From Macrostomum lignano (taxonomy: Eukaryota), in assembly GCA_002269645.1 (NCBI GenBank), contig NIVC01003104.1:116103-180102 (forward strand): a stretch of DNA of 64,000 bases. The letters run 5' to 3'. Both the position numbers and the translations under genes were made by a program. Positions 12,354-26,200 of this stretch are shown one piece after another. Numbering within the stretch: position 1 is the first letter of the stretch; every line of letters begins with the position of its first letter. The notes beneath the pieces are model-generated. The model saw nothing but the letters and a program-made list of their open reading frames with translations, was not told the origin of the DNA and did not search any database.

Positions 12354-14221
12354 GTGAGCCGGCGCAAGGACTACTGAGACTAGATCTGGGCTTTTGGTCT
12401 TTGCACACCTTATAATTTAGGCCGACACGCAGGCACGCGCTCACACAGGGTGTTACAGCGGCCCTGACTTTCTAGTCATCGATCCGTTTATTTGTGGGCA
12501 CTAACCGCGGCGAACTTTGCTTAACTTAGCCTCCCACGGGACCCATTGACTCTGGTGAAGCTTATGTACATAAGGGCTGATGACGTGACGTACAATTACA
12601 TCTTGTCTCGAGAGCATAAAAACAGGAAATCCAGCCGGAAGTCGTATGAATTGAACTGTTTCATTTGGAGTGTTTTTTCTTGAGAAATTCCATCATAAAA
12701 ATATTTCCGTCAATTCGCAAACGATGTACTTTAGGCGGTATTTTCTAGATCAATATTTCCGGATACTTGAGCCGATTGGAAAGCTAAATTTCTCCCAGCG
12801 CGTTCATCCCAAGCCCATGATAATTGAGTCGATCGTGAGTCGAGTCTATGAGACTAATGGAATCAAACCTGATTAGCCATGCCAGCACTCTCAGCCCGGC
12901 CCAACCTTATCGCTATGCAATCGATACGACTTCTCTCCGCAGGTCCAAGTACTTTCGCAGTCGCAAAATCCAGTCCGACTGGGATGTTCGAGTGGAACAG
13001 GTGACTTTCTATACTCTAGTCTATGGCCTTGATTGTTGATGGCTACTGGCACTCATTAAACCTGAGTTCGGTTTTTCTGCAGGCTGCATTTTCGGATATC
13101 CGTCTGACGGCCAGTTCAGCTGGCGGCTGTCAGATCAGCGTGGGCTCCGGCAAGTCTGCCAGGTGAGCTGATGGTTCTGCCGTCTTCCTGTCCTTCCTGT
13201 GACAGTCCTCAGTGCCCTGTCCTTCCTGTGACAGTCCTCAGTGCCCTGTCCTTCCTGTGACAGTCCTCAGTGCCCTGTCCTTCCTGTGACAGTCCTCAGT
13301 GCCCTGTCCTTCCTGAGACAGTCCTCAGTGCCCTGTCCTTCCTGTGACAGTCCTCAGTGCCCTGTCCTTCCTGTGACAGTCCTCAGTGCCCTGTCCTTCC
13401 TGTGACAGTCCTCAGTGCCCTGTCCTTCCTGTGACAGTCCTCAGTGCCCTGTCCTTCCTGTGACAGTCCTCAGTGCCCTGTCCTTCCTGTGACAGTCCTC
13501 AGTGCCCTGTGCTTCCAGTGACAGTCCTCAGTGCCCTGTCCTTCCTGTGACAGTCCTCAGTGCCCTGTCCTTCCTGTGACAGTCCTCAGTGCCCTGTGCT
13601 TCCTGTGACAGTCCTCAGTGCCCTGTCCTTCCTGTGACAGTCCTCAGTGCCCTGTCCTTCCTGTGACAGTCCTCAGTGCCCTGTCCTTCCTGTGACAGTC
13701 CTCAGTGCCCTGTGCTTCCAGTGACAGTCCTCAGTGCCCTGTGCTTCCTGTGATAGTCCTCAGTGCCCTGTCCTTCCTGTGACAGTCCTCAGTGCCCTGT
13801 GCTTCCTGTGACAGTCCTCAGTGCCCTGTCCTTCCTGTGACAGTCCTCAGTGCCCTGTGCTTCCTGTGACAGTCCTCAGTTCCCTGTGCTTCCTGTGACA
13901 GTCCTCAGTTCCCTGTCCTTCCTGTGACAGTCCTCAGTGCCCTGTGCTTCCTGTGACAGTCCTCAGTTCCCTGAGCTTCCTGTGACAGTCCTCAGTGCCC
14001 TGTCCTTCCCGTGACAGTCCTCAGTGCCCTGTGCTTCCTGTGACAGTCCTCAGTGCCCCGCCCTTTCTTCTAAATGCTCATTTAAATTCCTGATAAACGT
14101 CAACCCCCCTCAGAGTCCTTTTCGATGGACTGTAGATCAGAGTCTTGGCGCCAGCCCAGTCTCATCTTCCATCCATACGAGGCTTCATCACTTTAATGTT
14201 TGCTCAGTAAGCACTAAAAGC

Positions 14222-14252
<31 letters not shown>

Positions 14253-17200
14253 TGCGTTTCTTGGCGCTACTCCAAGGTTCAGGAACATTTGGTTTTTTTC
14301 CTGACCCTATCGTCTGTGCCTTCTCTGACTTTCCATTGCAAGCATTCATCTGAGTGGGCCGGGGAATTCAAAATTGGATGTTTTGATACCGTTACCGAGG
14401 ACTAATAATATTTCAGCTTCATGCTGGACTCTCATTTAATACTCATTTTTATGAGTATGAGTATCACAGTCATTGCTCACACAACTTATTACTATTGTTC
14501 ATACAAAGTATGAATAGAATTTCTCATATCTAATCGAAGATTGACGGATTTCAGACATGATTTTACACCAGAGTCGCACAGATAATTAACATTTAGGTTT
14601 CATAAGTACTTAAATATTAATAAAAATTGATTACCTGCCCTAATGGGCAGATGTGCAACCGACAGCTCAGCCGCAGCTATTGCGCGGCGCATCTGAAGGC
14701 TGCGTACGGCTGTTCAGTCCAAGGACTGGGGGGTCGCCACGCACCCCCTCAATTACCCCAGCTAATGCTGGCACCCATTTTACAGCTGGGTGAACTGAAG
14801 CAATGCAGAGTTAAGTGTCTTGCTCAAGGACACAAATCGTTCCGTGGGATCAGGAATCGAACCCCCGACCTTCAAGTCTGAGTCGGACGCTCTAACCACT
14901 AGGCTACAACCCTCAGCCGTAAAACAGTATCTAGGACCATTCGTTAACTGGTTCCTTGACATTAGTTACTAGTGCTAATTACTCCTACTTTTCTGAAGGC
15001 TCATAGTTATGAGATAATTCTATTGATTTTTTGTTGATACTCGTCCTGCAAGCTTGGCTTCCAATGGTCGAACAGTTCCCAAAGCCATCTGCTGGGGGCC
15101 GGGGCAGAGAGCTTGTCCTGTCAGAAACGCAGTGGCCCATCGCCAAGCCCAAGAGCAAATATTTGCCGCCTATTCAAATCGGGAGAACACAGCGACTGCA
15201 CTCTTAGCTGTTGCAGTGGACTGGCATTGTCAGGGATGAGATTTGGAGTGCCGCGATTCCTCAACTGGGTAGCGAGGGGGAGCTCTGGCTTGGACTGCGT
15301 CCAACGGCTTCCTGCATCATAGGTTTAAGGCCTTACAGATTGATGTCAAACTAAGGTTGCGTGTCTAACAGGTTTGATACCTAGCAGTTTTGATCTCTAA
15401 CATGTTTCATGTCTAACCGGTTTCATGTCTAGCCGATTTCGTGTCTAACAGGTTTCATGTCTAACAGGTTTGATGTCTAACCGGTTTCGTGTCTAACAGG
15501 TTTGATACCTAGCAGTTTTGATCTCTAACAGGTTTGATGTCTAGCCGGTTTCATGTCGAACAGTTTTCATGTCTAACAGGTTTGGTGTCTAACAAATTTG
15601 ATGTCTAACAGGTCTCTAGCTCACCGCAGATACTTGCGCTCCACCCGAACCCACCAGGCTCTTCAAGCCGGACTGCGCACTGATTCGTCAGCGAGTTCGC
15701 GACGCTCGCAGCGATTGGCGCGGCCTGCTGGCCGGTTTGACCTACGCCGGGGTGCCGTGCGTCAACCAGGCCGCCACGCTGTACAACTTCGCCGACAGGG
15801 CCTGGCTGGTGAGCGAGGGGCCTCTCACAGAAGAGAATGTGAAGTAAAGATCTTACAGTGTACAGTACATCTAGAACTTCAAACTTGCATGTCCACGGGC
15901 ACGGCAGACTCAAGGTGAAGAACCAGATACTGCTCCTGACCTATCGTCTCTGTCTGTCCTCTCTGCCTGTCCTCTCTGCCTGTCCTCTCTGCCTGTCCTC
16001 TCTGCCTGTCCTCTCTGTCTGTCCTCTCTGCCTGTCCTCTCTGCCTGTCCTCTCTGCCTGTCCTCTCTGTCTGTCCTCTCTGCCTGTCCTCTCTGCCTGT
16101 CCTCTCTGCCTGTCCTCTCTGCCTGTCCTCTCTGCCTGTCCTCTCTGCCTGTCCTCTCTGCCTGTCCTCTCTGCCTGTCCTCTCTGCCTGTCCTCTCTGC
16201 CTGTCCTCTCTGCCTGTCCTCTCTGCCTGTCCTCTCTGCCTGTCCTCTCTGCCTGTCCTCTCTGCCTGTCCTCTCTGTTTGTCCTCTCTCCCTGTCTTCA
16301 CTCCCTGTCCTCTCTCCCTGTCCTCTCTCCCTGTCCTCTCTCCCTGTCCTCTCTCCCTGTCCTCTCTCCCTGTCCTCTCTCCCTGTCCTCTCTCCCTGTC
16401 CTCTCTCCCTGTCCTCTCTCCCTGTCCTCTCTCCCTGTCCTCTCTCCCTGTCCTCTCTCCCTGTCCTCTCTCCCTGTCCTCTCTCCCTGTCCTCTCTCCC
16501 TGTCCTCTCTCCCTATCTCTGTCTCTCTCTACCTGTGTCTCTGGCTGTTTTCCCCTTTCCCTAAATCTACCTCACTCATTATACTCTAAATTTTCCACGA
16601 TGCTACTGTCAGTAGCCAGGATTGTGTATACTCTTTAGCCATGTTCGTGTTATAGGGAGGTGTGCAGTCTAAATTACTTTCTTGAGTACCCGGAGACAAG
16701 TAAACCCCGCTCGCATCAGAATATCCACTTAGCCAGTTGCTACACTGGAAATCCATCGCCCCCCCTTCGCTCCAACAGTTCGCCAACCTGACGCGACTGC
16801 AGGCTCGAACAGGCGCCGAGGCCTTCCCGCTGATTGACCAGACCATCTATCTGGGACACCTGGACCTGGTAAGGCTTGCCGGCTGTTGTTGACAGGATTT
16901 GGCACTATTAGTCTCTTTAGCGGTCCGCGAAATTCAAGCAAAATTTCAGATTCTCACTAGCGATGTATGCTAGGCGGATTTTCAAACAAATAATTCTGTA
17001 AACTGTAACTTTGATAAGGCTAAGCTCAATAGGGCAGTCCCTATCTAGCTAATGCATTTCGCAACGAAGGCACTGCTGTGCAGCTCCTGGCTGCTAACAG
17101 AACCGAAGAAAGATCTGCCGTTTCGCTTTCCGAGCAGCAGAACAAGCAGCCAATGAAGACAATTTTGCCGGAATGATGGGGCCGCTTCGCCTCTCGCTGA

Positions 17201-20200
17201 AAGCCTGTCGTTTCTTGCGCCGAGATAATTATTTTCTGTGCTTCTTTTCCAGCATCCGCGCTCCGTCATTGGGGGGAGGCGGGGGGGCTGGCTGTGGTTA
17301 ATTAGACCCGTGTCCGCGCGCGCTGTGCGTCCCTAGCAACGGGTGGGCACGAGTAAAGTGCAGAGCCTCACCGCTTCACCGTCCCGGGACCGCATTGTGT
17401 CCCAATGAATGATGCCTTCGCAGATTGGCATCGCGTGCAAGCGCCCGCTGGAGCTCACAGCTGAGTCCCAATTGAGCAGAGCTGGTTGGGGGGGGGGCAG
17501 ATTGCTTCTAGTAGCAAAAAATAGTCTGTTCGGAAGCACATCTGTTTCCGTCTCTCCGTCTCTTCTAGCCCGCATGTGTTCCATTCTGAACTTTCTTAAT
17601 CTGGCCGCCCATATAGCCGTACGGAAATCCTGTGCTGTCTAGACTGATCCACTTCTGCCTACACAACTCCAGTGCTCAGTATTGATTTCGCATCGGCTGG
17701 GGATGCACTTTGCCACCCCAGGACTGGGCTCTGATTTTAATGCGATTCTTCACTGCAGAGTGCCGAACTTCAGCGAGCCCTGGGTTGGGCACCGTGCGAG
17801 AGAGAGTTCCAGAGAGTGGCGCGTGTTTTGGGCGGCATTAATCAATATTTTTGGGGATATGCGGAGAGATGGAAACAACTAGGCAGAGTTTATAAAGATC
17901 ATAGAGAGATCATATAGAGATCTTAGAGAGATGGAGACAGATCATAGATGGATCATAGATGGATCATAGAGAGATCATAGATGGATCATAGAGAGATCAT
18001 AGAGAGATCATAGATGGATCATAGAGAGATCATAGAGAGATCATAGAGAGATCATAAAGAGAGATCATAGATGGATCATAGAGAGATCATAGATGGATCA
18101 TAGAGAGATCATAGAGAGATCATAGATGGATCATAGAGAGATCATAGAGAGATCATAGAGAGATCATAAAGAGAGATCATAGAGAGATCATAGAGAGATC
18201 ATAGAGAGATCATAGAGAGATCATAGAGAGATCATAGAGAGATCATAGAGAGATCATAGATAGATCATAGAGAAATCATAGAGAGATCATAGAGAGATCA
18301 TAGAGAGATCATCTATAGAGAGATCATAGAGAGATCATAGAGAGATCATAGAGAGATCATAGAGAGATCATAGAGAGATCATAGAGAGATCATAGAGAGA
18401 TCATAGATAGATCATAGAGAAATCATAGAGAGATCATAGAGAGATCATAGAGAGATCATAGAGAGATCATAGAGAGATCATAGAGAGATCATAGAGAGAT
18501 CATAGATAGATCATAGAGAGATGGAGACAGATCATAGATGGATCATAGATGGATCATAGAGAGATCATAGAGAGATCATAGAGAGATCATAGAGAGATCA
18601 TAGAGAGATCATAGAGAGATCATAGAGAGATCATAGATAGATCATAGAGAAATCATAGAGAGATCATAGAGAGATTAAAGAGAGATCATAGAGAGATCAT
18701 AGAGAGATCATCTATAGAGAGATCATAGAGAGATCATAGAGAGATCATAGAGAGATCAAAGAGAGATCATTGAGAAATCATGCGATTAGGTAGAAATTAA
18801 GGACAGATTAAAGGGAGTGACGAGAGAGATTTGGAGAGAGAAGGCAGAAATTGGGGACAGAGGACAGAGATTAGATAGAGATTAGATAGAGATTAGACAA
18901 AGATTAGACAGAGATTAGCCAGAGATTAGATAGAGATTAGACAAAGATTAGACAGAGATTAGATAGAGATTAGATAGAGATTAGACAGAGATTAGATAGA
19001 GATTAGACAGAGATTGGCCAGAGATTAGACAGAGATTAGACAGAGATGAGACAGAGAATAGACAGAGATTAGACAGAGATTAGACAGAGATTTGACAATG
19101 ACCAGGGAGAGATCATAGATCAAGTTAGCCATTGCAGTTGTTGCCGCAGTTAAACCGGGGAATTTTTAAATCGGTAATTTTTCTATCCTGATTGGTCTGC
19201 CGATCAAGGGAGACGAGGGAGGGGGTCGAGCTGCCCAGACGCGAATTGGTTGGCCGCCTCAGGCTTGAATAGATAGCCAACTCCCTTATGTTTACTGCTG
19301 GCGAGCAAATGCCACTTCTGCCGATGACTTCTAGACTGTTGGGTGCGGAGCTCCGCCCCCTATCTGCTTGCCGCCTCTCCTCCCTTCCCTCATCATATTT
19401 CTTTCCCCAGCAGATGGGGAGAAACTGTGCGCTACAGTGGCGGCACGCCCCCCCCCCAAATCGATTTGGCGCAATTCCCACTCCCCCTCCCCCTGCTGGC
19501 TTGGGAGAAAACCGGCGGATGTTCTTTGAAGGGGCGAATGGGGATCGAATTAGGGAAGCCAGGCCTGCAGTATCCGACTCTCGAGCCATAACTTACATAG
19601 TAGAAGTGCCGAGTGAAGGTGTTCATTTTATTTACTGTGAATTCAATAAGTCACTCTCGATGAAAACAGATCAATACAGCGTGCTCGTTAGATAGCGTCT
19701 TTGGAACTCGTCAGTTTTTGCTCACTTGGTTATGATCGGACTCGTTTTTGCTCTGATTTGAGTCACTCTGCTCTGATTTGAGTCACTCTGCTCTGACTTG
19801 AGTCACTCTGCTCTGACTTGAGTCACTCTGCTCTGACTTGAGTCACTCTGCTCTGACTTGAGTCACTCTGCTCTGACTTGAGTCACTCTGCTCCCATTTG
19901 AGTCACTCTGCTCTCATTTGAGTCACTCTGCACTCATTTGAGACACTTTTGCATTCATTTGAGTCACTCTGCTCCCATTTGAGACACTTTTGCACTCATT
20001 TGAGTCACTCTGCTCCCATTTGAGTCACTCTGCTCCCATTTGAGTCACTCTGCTCTGATTTAAGTCACTCTACACTCATTTGAGTCACTCTGCTCCCATT
20101 TGAGTCACTCTGCACTCATTTGAGACACTTTTGCATTCATTTGAGTCACTCTGCTCCCATTTGAGACACTTTTGCACTCATTTGAGTCACTCTGCTCCCA

Positions 20201-23200
20201 TTTGAGTCACTCTGCTCTGATTTAAGTCACTCTACACTCATTTGAGCCACTCTGCAATCATTTGAGCCACTCTGCAATCATCGGAGTCACTCTGCAATCA
20301 TTAGAGTCACTCTGCAATCATCGGAGTCACTCTGCAATCATTTGAGCCACTCTGCAATCATTGGAGTCACTCTGCAATCATTGGAGTCACTCTGCAATCA
20401 TTGGAGTCACTCTGCAATCATCGGAGTCACTCTGCATTCATTTAGGCCACTCATTTGACTCACAATGTCAGTTTCAATGAAAAAATATGACGGCCATTGA
20501 TTTCCAAATTTATTTAATCAATAAAAGACAAGTTTGAATGCGCAAGATCCCTCATTTTCGAGGCCAACCAATCAGTTCGAAAATTATCATCTTCTGGTGT
20601 AATTTTAGCTCCTATGAATCACGAGGCGACTTGCGAGATCTGCGTGAACATCAATAGAGGTCTGAGACCGGGGCCTCCGAGACTCCGTCTGCACAGTTTA
20701 TCTGTAGATTCCCTCTTCAATAAAAGTAGAATGAATACAGCAAAATAAAGCACACAGAGGCAGAGACTGACATACAAAAATAATGCAAAAAACATCAATC
20801 CGTACGGAGTAAGCGAGGTAAAACTGCTTGCAGAGAGAGAGCTAGTGTGAGGAAACGGCAAATACATCCATAATAATAATAGTAATAATAAATAAATAAA
20901 TAATAACAGTTATAATAATGATAGTAATAGTGTTTATAATAATAGTAATAATTACTAGTGTTATAACAATTATTACTATTATACTTACAATATTACTAAA
21001 GATTACTATAGATTATAATACGCTCGTATTACTCTTATATATAGTAATAATATTATTACAATTAATAACAATATTAACAATAATAAGACAAAACAGCGTG
21101 GCAATGGTTTCGCGGCCAGCCTTAGCGGTACTCATTGAAAAGCGGCAATTGATGGAAAAACTTGAAGGGGACACCACACGGCTCGACAACTACTGGAAGA
21201 GATGAGCGAGCAAGAAATCCACGTTGCAAATGGGGAACTGCGCTAATATTTTTGGTTTCTGATTTGCTTTCACTGCTAATCTTAGCGGAGCCGCAAACCG
21301 GCATAAATGCACTTTAGAACTGACTGAGCCTGATTCAAATCAGCGCGCTGTTTTGTTAAAAACAGTTCAATCCGTGCAGTGATTTCTAAATAAGACGACT
21401 AACTCTTGAGAACTTCAGACTCAAGCTTAACTACGATATTATTATTAAAGAAGTAATTTCATTTTGTCTACTGCGTATGGTGCTTCTGTAGGAGGAAAAC
21501 ACCAACGTAAGAGCTACACACTGCCACATAAACACTGACCCGAATAGAGACAGAGAGAGGAGACAGAGAGAGAGAAAGACTGAGAGTTGAGTCGGCCTAT
21601 CACTCTTATCTTATATTCTTCTCTCATCCTATCCTATTCTGTTCACTGTCATTCTTACATTACCTTTCATGAAATAAACGAAATCTATCAAAGCATTTCT
21701 GGGCTGCTGCCAATAATGGATTTGCCTGTCGGAACAACTAAGAAATTTTCTTTTGCTATTGTTCGAGCTCGAAGGGTGCAGTGGGCGGTTGGATCAACAG
21801 AATAATATTAATCATTCAGAGGAAAATAACACCGATTTGTCGATAAAGTGTAACGTCCGGTTATTAATATTATTTGATTATGTTAGCGTGTAATGCCTCT
21901 GCGCTGGGCTTCAATTTGAAGATTGCCTGTGGCGCATTTCTTGTAGCGCTTGGTGCTGGCAGTGTGCCAGGCGCAGCCTGCGGTCCGCCTGTAGGGGTCC
22001 CTGTAGTAGGCGCAGTAGGAGAAGCTGGTCAGGCACATGAAGTAGTCCCTGCTGGGGTCGAAGCTGCACGAATTCGCCTGTTCTGCCGTGACGTTTTTGA
22101 TTGGTTGAAACAGTCTGTCCTCGATCTGATTGGGTTGCGAAGGAGGGGAGGTGCTGAGGGTATTGAGAGGCCGATCTGCCTAATGTATTTTGTTTATCTG
22201 CCCGATGCATTCATACATGTATATCTGTGGAATGTGTTTGTCGATCTGTGGAATGTGTTTGTCGATCTGTCGAATGTGTTTGTCGATCTGTGGAATGTGT
22301 TTGTCGATCTGTCGAATGTGTTTGCTAGTGTGTTGAATGTGTTTGTCAATGTATCGAATGTGTTTGTCAATGTGTTTAATGTGTTTTTCGATCTGTCGAA
22401 TGTGTTTGTCAATGTGTTTAATGTGTTTGTCAATGTGTTTAATGTGTTTGTCAATGTGTTTAATGTGTTTGTCAATGTATCTAATGTATTTAATGTGTTT
22501 GTCAATGTATCTAATGTGTTTAATGTGTTTGTCAATGTATCTAATGTGTTTAATGTGTTTGTCAATGTATCTAATGTGTTCGTCGATGTATCTAATGTGT
22601 TTAATGTGTTTGTCAATGTATCTAATGTGTTTAATGTGTTTGTCAATGTATCTAATGTGTTTGTCGATGTATCTAATGTGTTTAATGTGTTTGTCGATGT
22701 ATCGAATGCGTTTGTCAATGTGTTGAATGTGTTCATCGATCTGCCACATTTCTTTGTAGATCTTCCTAATGTATGTATAATCTACCTAATAGGCTCGTCT
22801 ATCTGTCTGATGTCCTCGATTTTCTTAATGTATCTGGTGATCCAATGCAAATGCTGGCAATGTTTCCGTCTACATGATGATCTTATAGCGAATAATACTT
22901 CGACAAAAAATTGAATTTGTTCATCCGCCTGCTCTGTATTTAATTATCCAACTAATCCTTAATGGCATTATATTTGTATAAGTCTAGGGCGGATTATCCT
23001 AAACCGCCCTTCGGCCCACTCCGATAAACGCACTTGTTCATTTTGGCAGCGGTCAGAAAAAAGGTTCCAAGCAGCGGAAATCGCACAGCCCCGTCCAGCC
23101 TCAATCTGTGTCGGCTGTATGAAGCGGAGGCTGGGCGCATTTTTCGCGCGCCTAAAAAACACACAAGTCTGAGATCCCGGCCTAGAGATAAGAAGTCCAG

Positions 23201-26200
23201 CGCCCGCCGCAGAAGCCACTCAATCAACCGGCTGATTCCACAACTGCTAGCTGATAACCGCTGCTGACCCCCCATGCCCCGCTGCTAGCCTGCAGATCAA
23301 CTTTGGCTCGCCTTTCGGCTTCGGGTCACCCACTTCGGAGTCCCGCCTTGCTGCACACTTTCTCTGTGCTGCCCAGCCTTCAGTGCTGGCTGCTGAGCTC
23401 CTGCCGGCTTGGCACTCCACTCCGCCCGCTGTTGCTCGGGCTCCGTCTCTCTCTTCTCCCTCTCCCCCCTCACTTCCCTTCTCACTCTCCATTCTCACTC
23501 TCCTCTCTCACCCCCTCTCACTCCTCACTCACCCTCTCTCACCCTCCTCTCTCACCCCCTCTCACTCTCCTCTCTCACCCTCTCTCACTCTCCTCTCTCA
23601 CCCCCTCTCACTCTCCTCTCTCACCCTCTCTCCCTATCATCATTCACTTCTCTCACTCCCCTCCTCTCCCTCTCACTCATACTCTCACTCCCCTCTCACT
23701 CATACTCACACTCCCCTCTCACTCATACTCTTACTCCCCTCTCACTCATACTCTTACTCCCCTCTCACTCATACTCTTACTCCCCTCTCACTCATACTCT
23801 CACTCTCCCCTCACTCATACTTTTACTCCCCTCTCACTCATACTCTCACTCTCCCCTCACTCATACTCTTACTCCCCTCTCACTCATCCTCTCACTCCCC
23901 TCTCACTCATACTCTCACTCCCCTCTCACTCATCCTTTTAGTCATCCTCTCACTCATCCTCTCACTCCCCTCTCACTCATCCTCTCACTCATCCTCTCAC
24001 TCCCCTCTCACTCATCCTCTCACTCCCCTCTCACTCATCCTCTCACTCATCCTCTCACTCATCCTCTCACTCATACTCTCACTCCCCTCTCACTCATCCT
24101 CTCACTCCCCTCTCACTCCCCTCTCACTCATCCTCTTACTCCCCTCTCACCCATACTCTTACTCCCCTCTCACTCATCCTCTCAGTCCCCTCTCACTCCT
24201 CCTTGAAGTTCGGCAGTGAAATGGGCCATATTGAACAAACTACAGATTAAATATATTCATTTCCTGGCGTTATTGACAGAGGATGGAATTTTGGTTTTCC
24301 AACATTAAAATTTCTATCATTTCTAAACTTGATTTGTTCTATTCTGAGGTAGGAAAAAGATTTTTTTTCAAACAAATTTTTTTTCGCATATTTTATTAAA
24401 TTGACTGCGTTGCAAAAAGTTAGGGTCGCTGCAGTGCTTTTCTTCAAAAAATGTTCCACAAACAAGTTTTTATTAAAAAAAAAATTCTGAACACGCAAAA
24501 TTGCAGGCTGAATTCGATTTGTGCAACTTTTTCAACTAGCTATGCAATTATCTTATATACTAAAAATGAGTTGTCTGTATGTGGGTAGGTATGCGATAGA
24601 TTTCGGAAAAAATGGCTCAACCGATTTTCTTTAAACTTGCACCATTTGATCAGAAATTTTCCTGGGACGGTACATGCATCTTGGCTAAGAAATTGCTCAA
24701 TGTTAAAGGGATTAAATATTCGAAAAACATGCTTTTTTGCAAAGGTCAAGCAAAAATTTCGACTTGAAATGCATTGTAAGAATGCTAAGAAAAAACTGAC
24801 TGACTGAATTTCAATTGTGATAAAGATTGCATCACAACAAGGTGAAAACAGTGCCACAGAAACGCACACAAGACTTGATTAAAATTGCGTAACAATATTG
24901 CTAACTTAAATTAAGACTGATACTGGCTGACTGAGAAATTGATTATGTCATAAATTTTTACTCTAACCGACTTGCTGTAAGAATTGAATTATAAGGGCCA
25001 CAATTCATGTGCTCCAATTGAAAAAAGATAGCCTAGATGCGAACAGACTGGACTGCTAATGCAGCGACCTGGGTTCGAATCTTGGTAGCGCAAAATGATT
25101 TTTTTATTAAAACACCTTAAAAACAAAAAACTGCTAAACATAAAAGAAGCGCAATGTCAAACATACAAGAGCCACCATGTCAAACATAAAAGAGCCACCA
25201 TTTCGGACAACAAAAAAGAGTTACCATTAAGAACATTAAAGAGCCACCGTGTCGAACATTAAAGAGCCACCTTATCAAACATTAAAGAGCCACCATGTCG
25301 AACATTAAAGAGCCACCATGTCGAAACATTAAAGAGCCACCATGTAAAACATTAAAGAGCCACCATGTCAAACATAAAAGAGCCACCATTTCGAACAACA
25401 AAAAAGAGTTACCATTAAGAACATTAAAGAGCCACCATGTCGAACATTAAAAAGCCACCATGTCAAACATAAAACAGACACCATTAAGAACATTAAAGAG
25501 CCACCATGTCGAAACATTAAAGAGCCACCATGTCAAACATAAAACAGACACCATTAAGAACATTAAAGAGCCACCATGTCGAACATTAAAAAGCCACCAT
25601 GTCGAACATTAAAGAGCCACCATATCAAACATTAAAGAGCCACCATGTCGAACATAAAAGATCTACCATGTAGAACATAAAAGAGTCACCATGTCAAACA
25701 TTAAAGAGCCACCATGTAAAACATTAAAGAGCCACTATGTCGAACATAAAAGAGGTACCATGTCAAACATTGAAGAGCCACCATGTCGAACATAAAAGGG
25801 CCACCATGTCAAATATTAAAGAGCCACCATGTAAAACATTAAAGAGCCACCATGCCAAACATAAAAGTGCCCCCATGTCAAACATTAAAGAGCCAGCATG
25901 TCAAACACTAAAGAGCCAGCATGTCAAACATAAAAGAGCCACCATGTCGAACATTATTGAGCCACCATGTCAGACATTAAAGAGCCACCATGCCAAACAT
26001 AAAAGAGCCAACATGTCGAACATAAAAGAGCCACCATGTCAAACATAAAAGAGCCACCATGTCGAACATAAAAGAGCCACCATGCCAAACATAAAAGAGC
26101 CAACATGTCAAACATAAAAAAGCCACCATGTCAACCATAAAAGAACCACCATATCAAACATTAAAGAGCCACAATGTCAAACATAAAAGAGCCACCATAT

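Noticed and set aside
21874-22914. 346-aa plus-strand ORF
   Set aside because: Antisense shadow of TIMP exon 5 plus a minisatellite.
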